Shown: positions 1 to 13,443 of the stretch, piece after piece
How positions within the stretch are numbered: position 1 is the first letter of the stretch
How the letters are laid out: every line of letters begins with the position of its first letter
DNA from: Welwitschia mirabilis
Lineage: Eukaryota
Assembly (NCBI GenBank): GCA_051453625.1
Contig: JBOZIK010000001.1
Location: 38,510,545-38,553,664, forward strand
Reading direction: 5' to 3'
DNA: 43,120 bases
Position numbers and translations under genes: made by a program
The notes under the pieces: model-generated
Told to the model about the DNA's origin: nothing
The model's input: only the letters and a program-made list of their open reading frames with translations
Database searches by the model: none

Positions 1-1617
1 AAATGTTATTCTTCTCTTTATGAAAGCAATTTTTCGTATTCTCTTTTACAAGTCTTCTCTGTGTGTACAACATTTGGGTTGATCCCACTATACAAATGTG
101 TATTGTATGCACTTAGATAATTAACTTTTCAAATATCACAAGTTAAATTCAATTTTTAGAATATTGGAATTAGAAGAACAAATATGCATTGCAATAAAAT
201 AAATTCAAGAAAAATCTTGAATCTCTTTAGCACATCTTTATGATCATTTCTATTAGATTTAGTTAACTACATCAAGGCTTGGATACTATTGGAAATGCAG
301 ATTTAATGATTTATTTATGATACATTCATATACACTGGGCTATAGATGCTTGTTGATAACATAGTACTGAATCCTTCTTATACAACATCTTAAATCTATT
401 AGAAGAAACTATTACAACACTAAATGCTTAATATAATCAAGTTATTAAAACTTGTATGCCCAAGGAATAATAAGGGAAAGGAATAAAATTAAATTGGGAT
501 TCAAGAAATCTATTTTTTGCTTGTTTAACAATTGAATTTGAGATTTCATAACTACTTGTGAAGTTGCATAGATTTACAAATTTAGAATTTTCTTTGTCTT
601 GGTAAAAGATCCATTAAAATTATGTAAATAAATAATATAATTATCTTATTTTTATTTGGTATCACTTATTCATAGGATGCATAGTAGGATTTATTATTTC
701 ATTCATTNNNNNCATCACATTTTCACTCACTTTCATCATTTATTCCAAGCTATAATCCTTTTACATTTTTTTAATGAAAAAGCATATCAATAAAAACATT
801 GTTTTATTTGTGATTTAATCTATTTACTTATGTTTAGATCTAAGGTAAATTGATCCAAATCATTAATAAAATTTAGTCATTTAATAATCCTCATTTCTTT
901 CACTTTCTATACAAACCCATGATTTCTAAGCCATCTTCACTGAGCATTCATAGGTTTTGTGATCTTCACACTGTTACAGCCCCTCTAAAGTTCACTTAAG
1001 ATAAGTTTTTATGTTTTGCTAGTATTTCCATCTACTCTCAGTAGTATCATTATCTATTTCTTTTTTTCATGTTCAACTTTTTCTTATGGTGCTAGTTTGA
1101 TTTCCTCTTAGATTATAGTTGATTGGTGATCCCATTTTCATTCTTAAAATTATTTGTTCTTTCACATTCCATTTTTCATTTTTTAATAGTTATTTTCACT
1201 TGCCTTTTATTTTTGTTTCTTTTTCTTTCTTCCATTTTATCATTTTAGGCTATCATAATTGGGATAGCAAATTCCTTTTTAGAAGAATACATCTTTACAT
1301 GATTCCTTGTCTTGTTTAAATCCTTCTATTTTGATAAAATTTAAGAAAGAAATTAGAATTATTTGCTAAATGAGGATAGCATCTACTACTTCTCAAAGGC
1401 TATTTTAGAGTTCTACAATAATGCAATAATTGATGAAGATAACTCTTCAATTATTCATTCCTCAATTTAATATGCTTCCTTTGTTATTTTCCTTAATTAT
1501 CTAGAAGCCTTATTAGAAGTTGAGAATCATAATAGTTTGATTTATATGCTTACTAAATCTCTTATCTATTGTTATGCTGCATTTAATGTTGAATATTAAT
1601 TAAATAGAAAAGTCTTT

Positions 1618-1887
1618 ATGCTTTCCAAATACCTCTACAAGAATCAACTTGTAGTTTGTAGGTTTATCATTCAAAATGTTTTAGCCACATCTCATGTAAG
1701 CTATGTCTATAGTAGTTATCTTAATATGATTAGGATTATAAAATATAGTAAACCCTTTGATATTTCTAAATGCATCCTTACTACTATCGTTAATAATATT
1801 GGCCACAAAAGTAAACATCCCTCCCATTGCTTAGTTTTAAACTTAATTCACAATTCCTTAGCTCATGTCTTAGATTTTAAGGAATGA
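1618..1887 (+). pseudogene. Athila env-like/ORF2 ('putative plant transposon protein', Transposase_32-like) fragment
   Basis: RFIIQNVLATSHVSYV...IIKYSKPFDISKCILTTI...HCLVLNLIHNSL fits the family pattern FIxxNLxPxxHxSxV...IxxxxxIDVGxxIxxxI...LPFPxLITxL. It lies upstream of the Athila 3' motif, as expected. Confidence 0.55.
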
Positions 1888-4037
1888 GATAAAACCTTTA
1901 TTGAGATCATTAACCCTAAAATTATTACCCAACTCAGCAAGTATAAGAATCATTATTGTATTCTAAAGTCCTTTAAGAAATTCAAGAAAACAAAGTAGAA
2001 CATATTCAAAGGATACCTCCTTCTCAAACTCCTTCTTCTCCCTTATTTTTCACCCACTACAATAAGAAAGGGGAAGTCTCCTACTAGTGAAATGTTTCAT
2101 GCTCTTTTTTCTCCACATTTTTCTATGTCTTCTTCCACTAATTTTATATATTCCTTACTACTTTAAATAATACCTTGTTATAAGAAGTCCCCAAATCTCA
2201 AAGGAATTAGATTGAAAAGTTATAGGAGAAGATGAAAAAGATTTCCAAAAAATAAAAAGAGATGTTCAAGAACCAATAAGAGATGGATGAAAAGTTAGAG
2301 AGGTTGGCCTTCATAAAAGATCTTTGAGCTAAATTTCTTTCACTCTTTTACTCTATTACCCTTCTCCACCTGCATTTTTCATTTGTAATATTTACATTGT
2401 ACTTACATCTTGCTTTATTGTAATGTCTTTTAAACTTAATAAGAAATTAATCTGAATTTATATTTTTGTAAATCTGATTTTAATTCTAAACTAACACTTA
2501 ACTATAAAATTCTTAATTCGGTTTTGAGGCCCTAAAATGTAAGATTTAATTTGTAACTCTTAATAGAGATAATGTTGTTGGTATCTTTAATCAGTGCCAT
2601 TACCTTGTGTAGATAGATTTCTTTTTACATAGACATTCTATATCACATTTCCTATGTCTTTATTACTTGGGTCTCTCTTAAAAATTTATATAAATTAGCT
2701 GATTTAGATTTATCGTATACTCATTCATTCAAAATCATCACATTCAATTCTTTATCCTCCTCATTTTTTAGTTATCTTTTGATCTTTTATGCATTTATAC
2801 ATTTCAAATTGAGAAATTTAAAATATTACAAGTAAAGCTTTTTTTTTAAGTCTTTCATTTGCATTAATTCATACTTTATCATTTCTAGTTTAATCATGCA
2901 TTGCATATTTTTTTCTAGTAATTTTCTTTCTAGCTCATTCTATACCACATTAGCACATGCATCATTCATTTTTTATTGTGATTAAAATTTAATTTTTTAT
3001 CATTCAAACTTTGAGGATAAAGTTTAGCCTTGGTTAGAGGGAGTAACATTTGCACTTAAGTATATATTTTTTATGCTTTGTCTTTTACTTAAGTGTAATT
3101 TCAAAGTATAATGGCTAAAATTTTTTCAAACTTTCTTCATCTTTTTATACTCAATTGACTTGATTTGAAATTTTTTCGATGTTATCTAATTTTTTAACAG
3201 AATTTTTTTTCTAAGGACTAACAAAATAAAAATTGACATTTTCATTAAGGAACTAAGGCCTTAGAATAATTATTAATTAATTATCACAATGGTTTTATGC
3301 ATTTAATATATTTAAGGCCATGGAAATGCTAACTTACTAATAATCTATCTTGATACTACCATTTTATAGGATAAATGTGTCATTAGTATCATTATGATAG
3401 AAGATGCAAGTATGGTAAGCATGGCAATGCTAGTTCTAGTGGCATGGAATGAGTTACTCTAAGTAGAATAATATCAAACTCATGTTCTTGAGTTCTCTTA
3501 TTACAAGAAATTCATTCCAATCATTTTCAAAAACATAAGATGAGCAAGAAATATATTGTAAGAAGATAATTTTTTCATACACTTTGGAAATTATTTATAA
3601 TGACTCCATTATACCTTTTAAATCTTAATTATAAATCCTAATTTTTGCCTAAAAATACCTATCCCTTTTCACTTGCATGGAATACTTCATGTCATATCAT
3701 TATTAAAGACATTGGAGTTTTTAGTCATTAGTTCTTTTTAAGCCTCCAATATGGATGGGATAGCTATCAAGCTAACATGATACTTCTTGTTTTAGCATGA
3801 GTACATTCTCAAATTGTATGCTACTGATTTTTAGATAATAAAATACTACATGTTATTGGTATATTACTTTGATATCAAGTTGTGATTGTTTCATTCTTAT
3901 TATGCATAGTATTGGCTAAGGTATGATTTAACTTTAAGATCTTTTTGGTGATTCTTTTCTTCATTCTATCTTGCATAATCTAAATATTTATTTATAGATC
4001 CTAAAAGACCCATAGGCTAGATGACTCAGATATATTA

Positions 4038-5435
4038 TGTTGCGATGCCAATTTGTAGGACTTTGATGGTGTATTTGGAGTACTTTTGCAGGACATTTAT
4101 ATAGGTTTAGANNNNNNNNNNNNNNNNNNNNNNNNNNNNNNNNNNNNNNNNNNNNNNNNNNNNNNNNNNNNNNNNNNNNNNNNNNNNNNNNNNNNNNNNN
4201 NNNNNNNNNNNNNNNNNNNNNNNNNNNNNNNNNNNNNNNNNNNNNNNNNNNNNNNNNNNNNNNNNNNNNNNNNNNNNNNNNNNNNNNNNNNNNNNNNNNN
4301 NNNNNNNNNNNNNNNNNNNNNNNNNNNNNNNNNNNNNNNNNNNNNNNNNNNNNNNNNNNNNNNNNNNNNNNNNNNNNNNNNNNNNNNNNNNNNNNNNNNN
4401 NNNNNNNNNNNNNNNNNNNNNNNNNTCATCGCCTGTGTGTATGATGACAGATAAGATGACACCTTGGACTGTGTGCCCATGTGTTATCATTGCCTGCATG
4501 TGCTATCCTCACATCCATCGTGCAAGGTGTCGTCTTATATGTCGTCTGGACGACACGGATAACCCACGGAGCTAACGGTATTGCATGGGCATATAACCCA
4601 AGGCAATAAGATGGCATCGTCCCCACGGTCGTGTGGACGACAAGCAGGACAATAGTTGATTTTACACTGCGATAGTAAATTGCATTATCACAAGTGCCAA
4701 ACGGGCGATGTAGGTGGCTAGGGTTTCCTTAATGGCTGTCTAGGGGTACGGTTCATTGTAATTCTATAAATACCCCTTCCATCCTTTAATTCCGACCATC
4801 TTTTGTACTTGATATGCTTGTGACTGAAGCTTGAAGGTAGAAGGTCCATCCCATGGCTACAGAAAGGGGTTTCCTTGGCATTAGGTTGTGTCTCTTCCAT
4901 TGAGGGAGCTATTATTTTGTTGTAAGTGGATGTAATATTCTTTTGATTAATACAAATACTCTTTTCATTTCAATTCTGTAAATGTCCNNNNNNNNNNNNN
5001 NNNNNNNNNNNNNNNNNNNNNNNNNNNNNNNNNNNNNNNNNNNNNNNNNNNNNNNNNNNNNNNNNNNNNNNNNNNNNNNNNNNNNNNNNNNNNNNNNNNN
5101 NNNNNNNNNNNNNNNNNNNNNNNNNNNNNNNNNNNNNNNNNNNNNNNNNNNNNNNNNNNNNNNNNNNNNNNNNNNNNNNNNNNNNNNNNNNNNNNNNNNN
5201 NNNNNNNNNNNNNNNNNNNNNNNNNNNNNNNNNNNNNNNNNNNNNNNNNNNNNNNNNNNNNNNNNNNNNNNNNNNNNNNNNNNNNNNNNNNNNNNNNNNN
5301 NNNNNNNNNNNNNNNTTAGTTGGGATTACGACAATCGGGTGAACTACCGTCTATACTAGCATGTGTTTTTCTGCAAGTTATATGATTTATAGATTTACCT
5401 AAGGACTTCAAATTTCATAAATTCACACCGCAACA
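4038..5435 (+). mobile_element. Young Ty3/gypsy (Tat-like) solo LTR; may be a collapsed full element because it contains two N-gaps
   Basis: Termini TGTTGCG (4038) and CGCAACA (5435) form a perfect 7-bp inverted repeat. Perfect 5-bp TSD TATTA at 4033-4037 and 5436-5440. TATA CTATAAATA at ~4764. CpGs are retained, unlike in the host. Confidence 0.85.
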
Positions 5436-6048
5436 TATTACTTCATGTCTATGATGAATGAGATTATTTATTGTGCTTGAGATTGGAATACATAAGCACT
5501 CATATCTATGATATATTATATATTATGCTTGAGTTAGAAGTAAAAGCTATATGATTTCACTTAGTTCTTATGTCTTTCCATTAAGTTATTATTCTAGTTT
5601 TAATTCTATGTTTCATTTCTAGATCTCTTATATAATTTTACTTTCTCTTACTCAATATCATTATGCTTGTTTTATTAATAGCTTTTGTTATCTATCTTTG
5701 TATAAGAATGATAGTAGAAATATACTATAAATGAAAGTCTTAGTATTATTAATAAAAGTAAGGTTTAGATACTTAAGATTTTTATCTCTAGGATGATTTG
5801 ATATTTACCATACATTAATGATAGATACAAGAATAGTAAGATTTTACCATGAACACTCTGCTTCACTAGTTAAGTTCAACTCATGTCAAACTCACTTCTC
5901 ATTTTTGTTTTGATTTTTTATAGGTTAGAGAATATTGCATTAAGTTTGTCTAGTCCTATCTCAATTTATCCCTATGAAAAAAATGGTATTGAGACTCTAT
6001 GATAATGACAGTTTCAATTTTATAAATTGTAAAAGATAATATTAAATA

Positions 6049-9000
6049 TTTTTTAATTGTTAATGCTAGGGATAATGGCACAGGAGCTTCTCAAAAGAAG
6101 TAGAATTTTACTTGATTATAATTCTTATTTTATATTTTTAAGCTTTATCACTTATAGTGGTTGGTACTAATTCCTTTTAGTAATACCTGAAGTGGTCCAT
6201 TTTCTTTTGAATTTTTATTTTTCATTTTCACACTTTCTAGTGGTGAGTACTAGTCCATGTTTAGTGATATATAAACTATTCTATTTTTATATTTTATTAA
6301 TTTTTTCTTACACTAAATATAATTTTTGTATTAGATCTTTTGTTTTTTAGGTCTAATGAATTTTCTCTATATTTTGACCTAAAAATATGATCGATAAAAA
6401 AAATGACAAAACTATATAATACTCATCTTTTATTTTTCTTTTTGTTTTATATAATTCTCCATTTCAATAGTTATATTCTATGTTCATTATATTTCAATTT
6501 TTCCATTAAAGAAAAAAAGCTTTTTCCATAAGAAGTATTTTATTTTTTTAACCTACTAATTTATTTTATATTATGTATGTTCTATACCCCATAACATGAA
6601 TTTTTTTGTGCATTCCTAAACATAACTTTTTTTTTTTTTGGCCTTTTTGTTTCAAACAATTAGTGCTACTAATACACCTAACTAACACTATTGACTTTTT
6701 TGTTAAAATTTTTTTAAAATTTGCATATATCCTCTCTTTAATCCTCTAAGCCATTTGTTATGTTAGTCCTTCTTAAAATCATAAAAATGTGTGAAAATAT
6801 AATCCTATAGTCAAATTTATATACTATTTTTTAAATCTTGACATGGTTTGTGCACATGATTCTTTTAGTAGACTGTATAACAAATCTTTTGAATTCCAAA
6901 TTGACTCTAGCACTAAAATCACATTTGTTTATGGGAACTATGACAATCTTTACAAATTTACTAATCATGTTCAATCTAAACCAATTGTAGAATATTATAT
7001 TTAATCTAAGGAAACTTTAATGATTTATATTTAACTCAAATACAATTATATATCATCATCTTATTACAACCTATATTATTTTAAATCCAAAAACCCTTCT
7101 GATACTAGGCAAATCTTTAGAGATTGTCTTTAATACATAGAACCTCTTCTACACAAATACCAATCTCTTTATAACCCTAAGTTTTAAAATCCTTTCTTGA
7201 AACAAAAATAATTTGATATTATGCCTTTTAAGTTCCCTCATAACCTTCTTCCTTATAGTCTTATCAATTCCATTCATCTAGTAATCCTTATTATTTATCA
7301 TTTAATTAATACCCTCCATATTCCTATACTCAAAAATCCTCCTTGCCTTTCTTGAAAGATAACTTTTAAATGTTAGATCCAAATCCACTAAGAAACCTCT
7401 TACATCTTGTAAATATTTGATCAAAATAATTAATAATTAAACTAGACTAAAAATAAAGATCCTCCTACATCCCTTAAACCTAGTCTTCAAATCCTTGAAA
7501 GGATTAAGGATAATTAAAATAATGAAATTTAGATCATATCCTTTTATAATAAGGAAGAAACTATCGGAAAATCTACAAGGATCTTGAGAATAAGAACTAA
7601 TTAGAAAATAAGCAACCATTTGTAAAAATCTATACCTTTGAGGAGAGTTGTACATCAGAGGATGAGTAAATAGGCAACATCAATGAGGAGGATAACATCA
7701 AAGAAGAATCTTTCTTTAAGTTACAACCATTATTACATAAGCAAGTATTAGAAGATAAGAAACTAATTGAAAAGAGTTATGCATGAAAGGATGAGTCTGT
7801 TAGTAGCTTTTATGAGGAGAACATTAAAGTAGAACCCATAATTGATCCATCATATTTGAAATTTTACCTTCTTCTTAATATTACCATGATTAAATGTTTT
7901 AGATTTATCTTTATCTTTTGAGTAAGAACCAAGTTTTAAGAAAGAAGACGAAACTTTCTTAGAGTTATAACCGCATTCCAAGGATTGTACACCTAATTCT
8001 TTTAATGAATATTTATCTTTTCAAGTGATTTCTAATTAATATCTTATAAGAAATGTTTAGAAAGAATAAACAAACTAAAGGATGCACTATTTTTTACATT
8101 AAATGCATAAACCTTATTGCTTATATTAATGTTCTTTTTAATTTTATGGACTCATCTATAAAAATTTTCATAGATTCTCTCTTTACTCATATCCATGATC
8201 CTTCATACATGCATCATAGTGGAAAATCCCTTTCAAAAATTTTAGTTTATGTTCATGATTTTATATTATATTTTTCTTTTAGATTGGACTTAGCATGGGT
8301 AGGTATATTTGCAATAAAACCAATTTTCCCTAATGGTCTATCTCTCATGAAACCATCCATGCATTACCAACTGTATAATTATCACATTGAGCCATTTTAC
8401 ATTGCTAATTCCAAGTTCTATCCATACCACAAAATAGGCTATTATTATCTTAAATCATAACATTCATTTCTTCCAACATGACACTACTTCATAATGCTTA
8501 TTAATCACCCACATTATCCATATTACTATAAGTTTATGAGATTTACTAATCTTGGGTAGTGGCCTTTTCAAAATAAATAAGTATAAGAGATATTTTTCAT
8601 CCCATGCTTTTGGCTGAGATTAGGTGAACCTTGCTTTTTAAGACTAAGTCATATTTATCTTTGATTTCTTTTATTAAGGATTACATTTATTTAATGTCTC
8701 TAATTTGAAATCACTAAAATAAAAGATGGTTTTATACTTTCATGATATGTCTTTCTTTCAATAATTTATGTGAATAAGATTATTTTTTAAAGGAGAATAA
8801 TAAGCCAATGAACCCTCATATGTGCATTTAGAAAAACTTATATGACAACTAGAATTAAAAGAAAAATAATATATCTTCTTTAAAATTATGATTTTATTTT
8901 TGGTTAGTTTTATTTATTTTAGTTAACTACATTGAGGGTATGGACACTCACTAAAAATGGAGCTTTAATCATTTATTTATGGTATATTCAACTGCTTCTA

Positions 9001-11627
9001 GGCTATAAATGCTCATTGGTAATGTAGCACTAACTACTTCATGTACAACATGTTTAACTCTGTTGAAAGAATCTACCACAACACTAAATGTTCAATATGA
9101 TCAAATGTGTAAAGGATGTTACTTATGGTCATAGAAGGGTAAAAATTGGAAAGAACTTAAGATGGAATTGGAGACTTCTTGTGAATTACTTGTTTTAACA
9201 TTTAGTACTTAAGATATTTTTACTACTTTTTAATTGCACAAATTTACTTTATAAAACCCTTATATTGGTTTGACATAGATCCATAATTAAATAAATTTTA
9301 TCTAGGAAAATACCTTAGTTTCATAGTCTCATTAATTCATAGCATATATGGTATATTAATAATTTCATTTCCATCATTTTAGCATTTCATACCACCGACA
9401 TTCACCCCTCCACCTCTATGATGAAGCATACCTAAAGGTAAATTTGTGTTTGTTGTGATGAAATCTTCCCTTTCATTTATCAATTTTAGTGAATTTTTAA
9501 TCATTTTAAGCCTCATTGTTACTTTATTACTTCATCCATTATGTTTTTGTAACCACTACATCCTCACCTATTCATTATTTTAAACTCAAGAACTTCAACC
9601 ATAGAAGACTGATACTATTGTGAGACCTCATTAACATTGCTATCCATTTTCCTCTATTTAACTCATTCTTCTCCACATAGCCTCTTATTTTAATAGCCTC
9701 TTATTTTAATCCACAATGAACTCAGATTGTTGATAGATTATTATGTTTTATAAAATTAAATTGTAACTTAGTTTTCATTCATTTTTCATCTCATTTTAAC
9801 ACTACCTTTATTATTTCTATATTTTTATTTTTTTTAATTCTTCTTCCTCTTAACTTTTCACCTTTTATTTCTCACTACCCCTCTCATCTATAACAGTCAT
9901 TTGTAAAACCTCATTACTTAGCGATATCTCATAGAGTTGATGTCTACTTCATGCATCCATTTAGACATTTTTTGCATTACCAATGCATTATTGTTTTACT
10001 TCACATAATTTTTCATTTCCCTCCTTCTTTTCTAGTTTTAATAAAAGGATGTATCATGAAAAATATTTCTTAAGAGTGCTTCACCATGTTCTTAAAAATT
10101 GTATTAAGTTTTTGTATCTTTTTTTAAACTTTGAGGATAAAGTTTAGTTTTGATTTGGGGGTATGACATTTGTTTTTAAAGAATTTTCTTCATTTTGACA
10201 TATTTTTTAAAAAGTTGGTTAAAATTTTTAAAAAGTTATATTATTTTCATATTTAAGTATTTTTCACTAGAATGTTTTCATGTTGACATTCAAACTAGGT
10301 TTTTTTAATAAATTTATCTCTAAAGAACATATTAAATAACCATTTTATCATAAAATTATGTCTTCTACTCTTTTTAACATAATTTATAAACTTACACATT
10401 TTTACATGATAATTTTAGAGTTTTTCCTAAATTCTAAAGGACATACTAAAATATGAAGTTCATCTAGCCAAAAACACTAGTGCCACTATCTAGATCACCA
10501 ATGCCACTGGTCATTTTCACTAAAATAGTTCAAAAGCTAAATTCTAAAGTTGTTATGGAAAAGCAATAAAAATTTAGTTGTGGTCTTTAATCAGTTATTA
10601 CATCAAAAACCATTGGTATCTTTAATAACACATGGCAGTTATGCAAATGACATGTGGCAGTGACATGGTGGCAATGTTGAAAACGCATTATGATAACACT
10701 AGTGTGTAGAGGCATCATGATTCAAAGATCATGTCTTGGACTCATTACAACAATTGCCACCTAATAAAAGATGACAACCTCCACATAGTTCTACATGATA
10801 AATGTTGTAACTGCTCAAATTGTAACCATCATTAACCATTATAAGCCAAATACTTCTAACCTATTTAACCCTTCCCTCTCCTATGAAAGGACCTTGAGCC
10901 CTCATTTATAATGATCTTTGACTAGAAAATAAGGTGGAAACATTTGGAAAGCCACTTATTGACATATCTTTCTAAGATATTCATTTGGGAAAGAGTTAGC
11001 TTTAAGGCTATCTTTTAGGAGATTATACCATCTTTGCTCTCATCCTTCAATGTAACATAGTTCCTTTTTTAAATAAAGAAATAGTTATTCATTCTTAATT
11101 TTGAATGTAGTTATCATTACACTTTTAATGCTTAAGTGAGACCATATTGTTGAGTTCTTTTAATCACCGAGTGAGTTTCTTAAGTTTACTTGTGGTCATA
11201 GTCATCATTTTTTATGGATCTTAAGTACATTATTTCTTACTTTTCATACTTACATTATGCTATAAAAGATCAAAGGGACTAAGGCATTCACCAAAACTCA
11301 TGTGATGAATGAGACTATGTCACCATGATCCAAACCATAATGACTTAACAATTTAAGCTTTATTTAATGAATTTATAGAATATTAATAAAGTGAAAGTTT
11401 TATAAGTTGGATGACTCAAGCTAGGCCTTAGAGATAGTTCATTTCCCTACTTCAATATTCATTTTTAGCTCATCTTAAACCTTTTTGTTTTAATTCCTTA
11501 CAAGTTAGAGAATATTGTAATGCCTTTATTTAGTTCTATCTCAATTTATTTCTATGAAAATAATTATATTGAGATTCTACTATAGTAAGGGTCTTGATTT
11601 ATAAATTATAAAATTCAACCTTGAACA
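6049..11627 (+). mobile_element. Degenerate, internally deleted Athila-like element, copy 2: PBS remnant, protease-region remnant, spacer, 3' motif, LTR 3' end
   Basis: Decayed tRNA-Asp-type PBS (TTTTTAATTGTTAATGCTAGGGA, ~6050-6072) directly after an LTR end. Protease-region remnant at 8053-8460. 3' motif TTTGAGGATAAAGTTTAG..TTTGGGGG at ~10130-10161. LTR end ...CCTTGAACA at 11627 is homologous to 5880-6048. Confidence 0.6.
8053..8460 (+). pseudogene. Athila aspartic-protease region remnant
   Basis: CINLIAY...HIHDPSYMHHSGKSLSKILVYVHDFILYFSFRLD...KPIFPNG resembles the Athila pattern SVNLMPY...LADxSxxxxxGxxxxVLVxVxxFxxPxDFxVLD...PIILG. Compare 28017-28346. Confidence 0.45.
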
Positions 11628-11699
11628 CACAAAGCTAACAATGAAAAATTTTCACTTAAGTAGGTAATTAAGCTTTATGCATTTCCTTATAATTTTTAA

Positions 11700-13443
11700 A
11701 TAATCTACTTGGCATAGATTCTTTGAATGCACTACAATTTTCCTTTTAATCCTTTAAAACCATTTTTACCAATAAGAAAGTAAAAGTAACTAGAAAGGAT
11801 CTTATGACTCACATTTTTTGTCAATCATGTGTAAATCTAAAAGAATATTTAAAAAGAAAGGACATGATTCCACATGCTTCCACATTGATCTTGGTTATAT
11901 TTTATAATATTCTAGTTTGAGCTGATAGACACAATTATTGTATAATAATGAAAACTATTGTAATGTATTATTTACTATTTAGAATATTGATAGATGTTGA
12001 ATTTGTTATTGATATGGATATAATTTTGTAATTTCATTATGTACAAACATTTAGACATTTATTTTTAATCAATTTTCTTATTTCTAATGTTGGGATTGTT
12101 ATACATTCTTTTAAATTAGTCCCTACAAATAAAACATTATTAAACTTTAGTGAGAAACCAAGAGCACTGAGTTACAAGAAACCAACATTAAAATATCTGA
12201 GTTAGTTGGCATATAGATGTCTTCATTCTTAAAGAAGAGAAAAATAGAAATAGCCAAGAAAGTTGACAAAATTGAAAGAAACATTATGATAATTAAGAAA
12301 AGATAAGGTAGGTATGGAAAGGAGAAATAAATAAGAGGAAAAAACCTATTTGAAAATTGTAATAAATGGGCACACCTATCTAGATAGAAAGCAATAAAAA
12401 TAAAGAAAGAAAAAATGGCACAAAAGAAGAGGATGAATATCTTTTTAGAGAAACAACTTATGATTTAAGATGTGGAAAGGGGTACCACATGCAAAGGAAC
12501 ATACCATCTAAGGGAAGATACAAGAAGCAGTAGAGGAATCCTTGAATAAATCAGTTGAATCATTCATAGCCACTCTCTTATAAAATTGAAGATTTAAGAT
12601 AAGGATAGTAGCCATTGATAGAGTTATTACCCTAAATTCATCCACCACTAGTGTATGTACTAGTAGTAACTTTAGACTTTGTTCATGAGGTAACATCTAG
12701 TATCTTTGATACATTCATTACTTTGTAAACATAATTCTAGATAAGATAAGAAGTAGCTTATGTAGGTAACAAAATTTAACATTTTCTAAGATTAAATTTT
12801 TAGCAGGAAAAATCCTCATCCCATGTTACATGTCAAACATATTCTTCTAGATCATATGGTGGCACAAATAATTTTAGCAAGTGGCATAAATAATATTGAC
12901 AATGATGATCAACTATATATTACACCATTGGATTTATATGTATCTTCCAATGATTAGTGTTTAAATGATGTTCAAAAGAAGAAGAATTCAAATGTAGAAA
13001 ATTAGGCAAAAAAAGTAGATATAGTGGAAAGAAGAAACAGAAAATTAGATAATAAACCAAGGACATATTGAAGAGACATCTTTCTATGCTTACTATGGCA
13101 ATGAAAGTTGGAAACATTACATTATGTTGAATCATTTAATTATGTTTTTCTTTTTGTTTTTCAAAATTGAACATCATCCATGTTTATGTTTCTGTCTATG
13201 TTTAATCAGAGTCTAGTGTTTTTTGTTCTAATCGAATCTTTTTAAAGTAAAGTTTTCTCCATCACACTTGTTGTATAATTCTTACTAATGCATATTCTCT
13301 AAAAACATTCTTATAGTACAATATTTCTTATCAAGGCTTTACACTATTAGTTTCTCTGACAAAATGTAATTTTCTAATAATTGGTTAATAATATATGATT
13401 TTAACATGTTTGTCATATATTGAAAATCATTAAAAGGAAAGGT
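11700..13443 (+). mobile_element. Sirevirus (Ty1/copia) 3' internal remnant: probable env-like region plus PPT
   Basis: Ends in TTTGTCAT...ATCATTAAAAGGAAAGG (~13409-13442), a decayed form of the SIRE junction TTGTCATCATCAAAAAGGGGGAGA. Weak env-like peptide similarity near 11870-12110. Confidence 0.4.

Larger units (their letters stand above)
1..6048 (+). mobile_element. Degenerate Athila-like Ty3/gypsy element, copy 1: 3' internal region, env-like ORF remnant, 3' UTR and LTR 3' end
   Basis: Env-like ORF remnant at 1618-1887. Athila-type 3' motif AAACTTTGAGGATAAAGTTTAG..GAGGGAG at ~3006-3043. Segments 260-640, 3005-3230 and 5880-6048 are homologous by eye to 8920-9300, 10125-10330 and 11460-11627. 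The 5' end lies outside the window and the LTR start could not be located. Confidence 0.65.

Noticed and set aside
4086-5359. Long ORFs made of X residues (also 24305-24737 and 41827-42720)
   Set aside because: Artefacts of N-gaps.
9677-9708. 16-bp perfect tandem duplication ATAGCCTCTTATTTTA
   Set aside because: Ordinary local slippage or repair duplication inside a dead element.
10551-11342. Possible old Tat-like solo LTR (TGTTATGG...CCATAATG) within Athila copy 2
   Set aside because: Composition is suggestive, but the termini are imperfect and no TSD matches.
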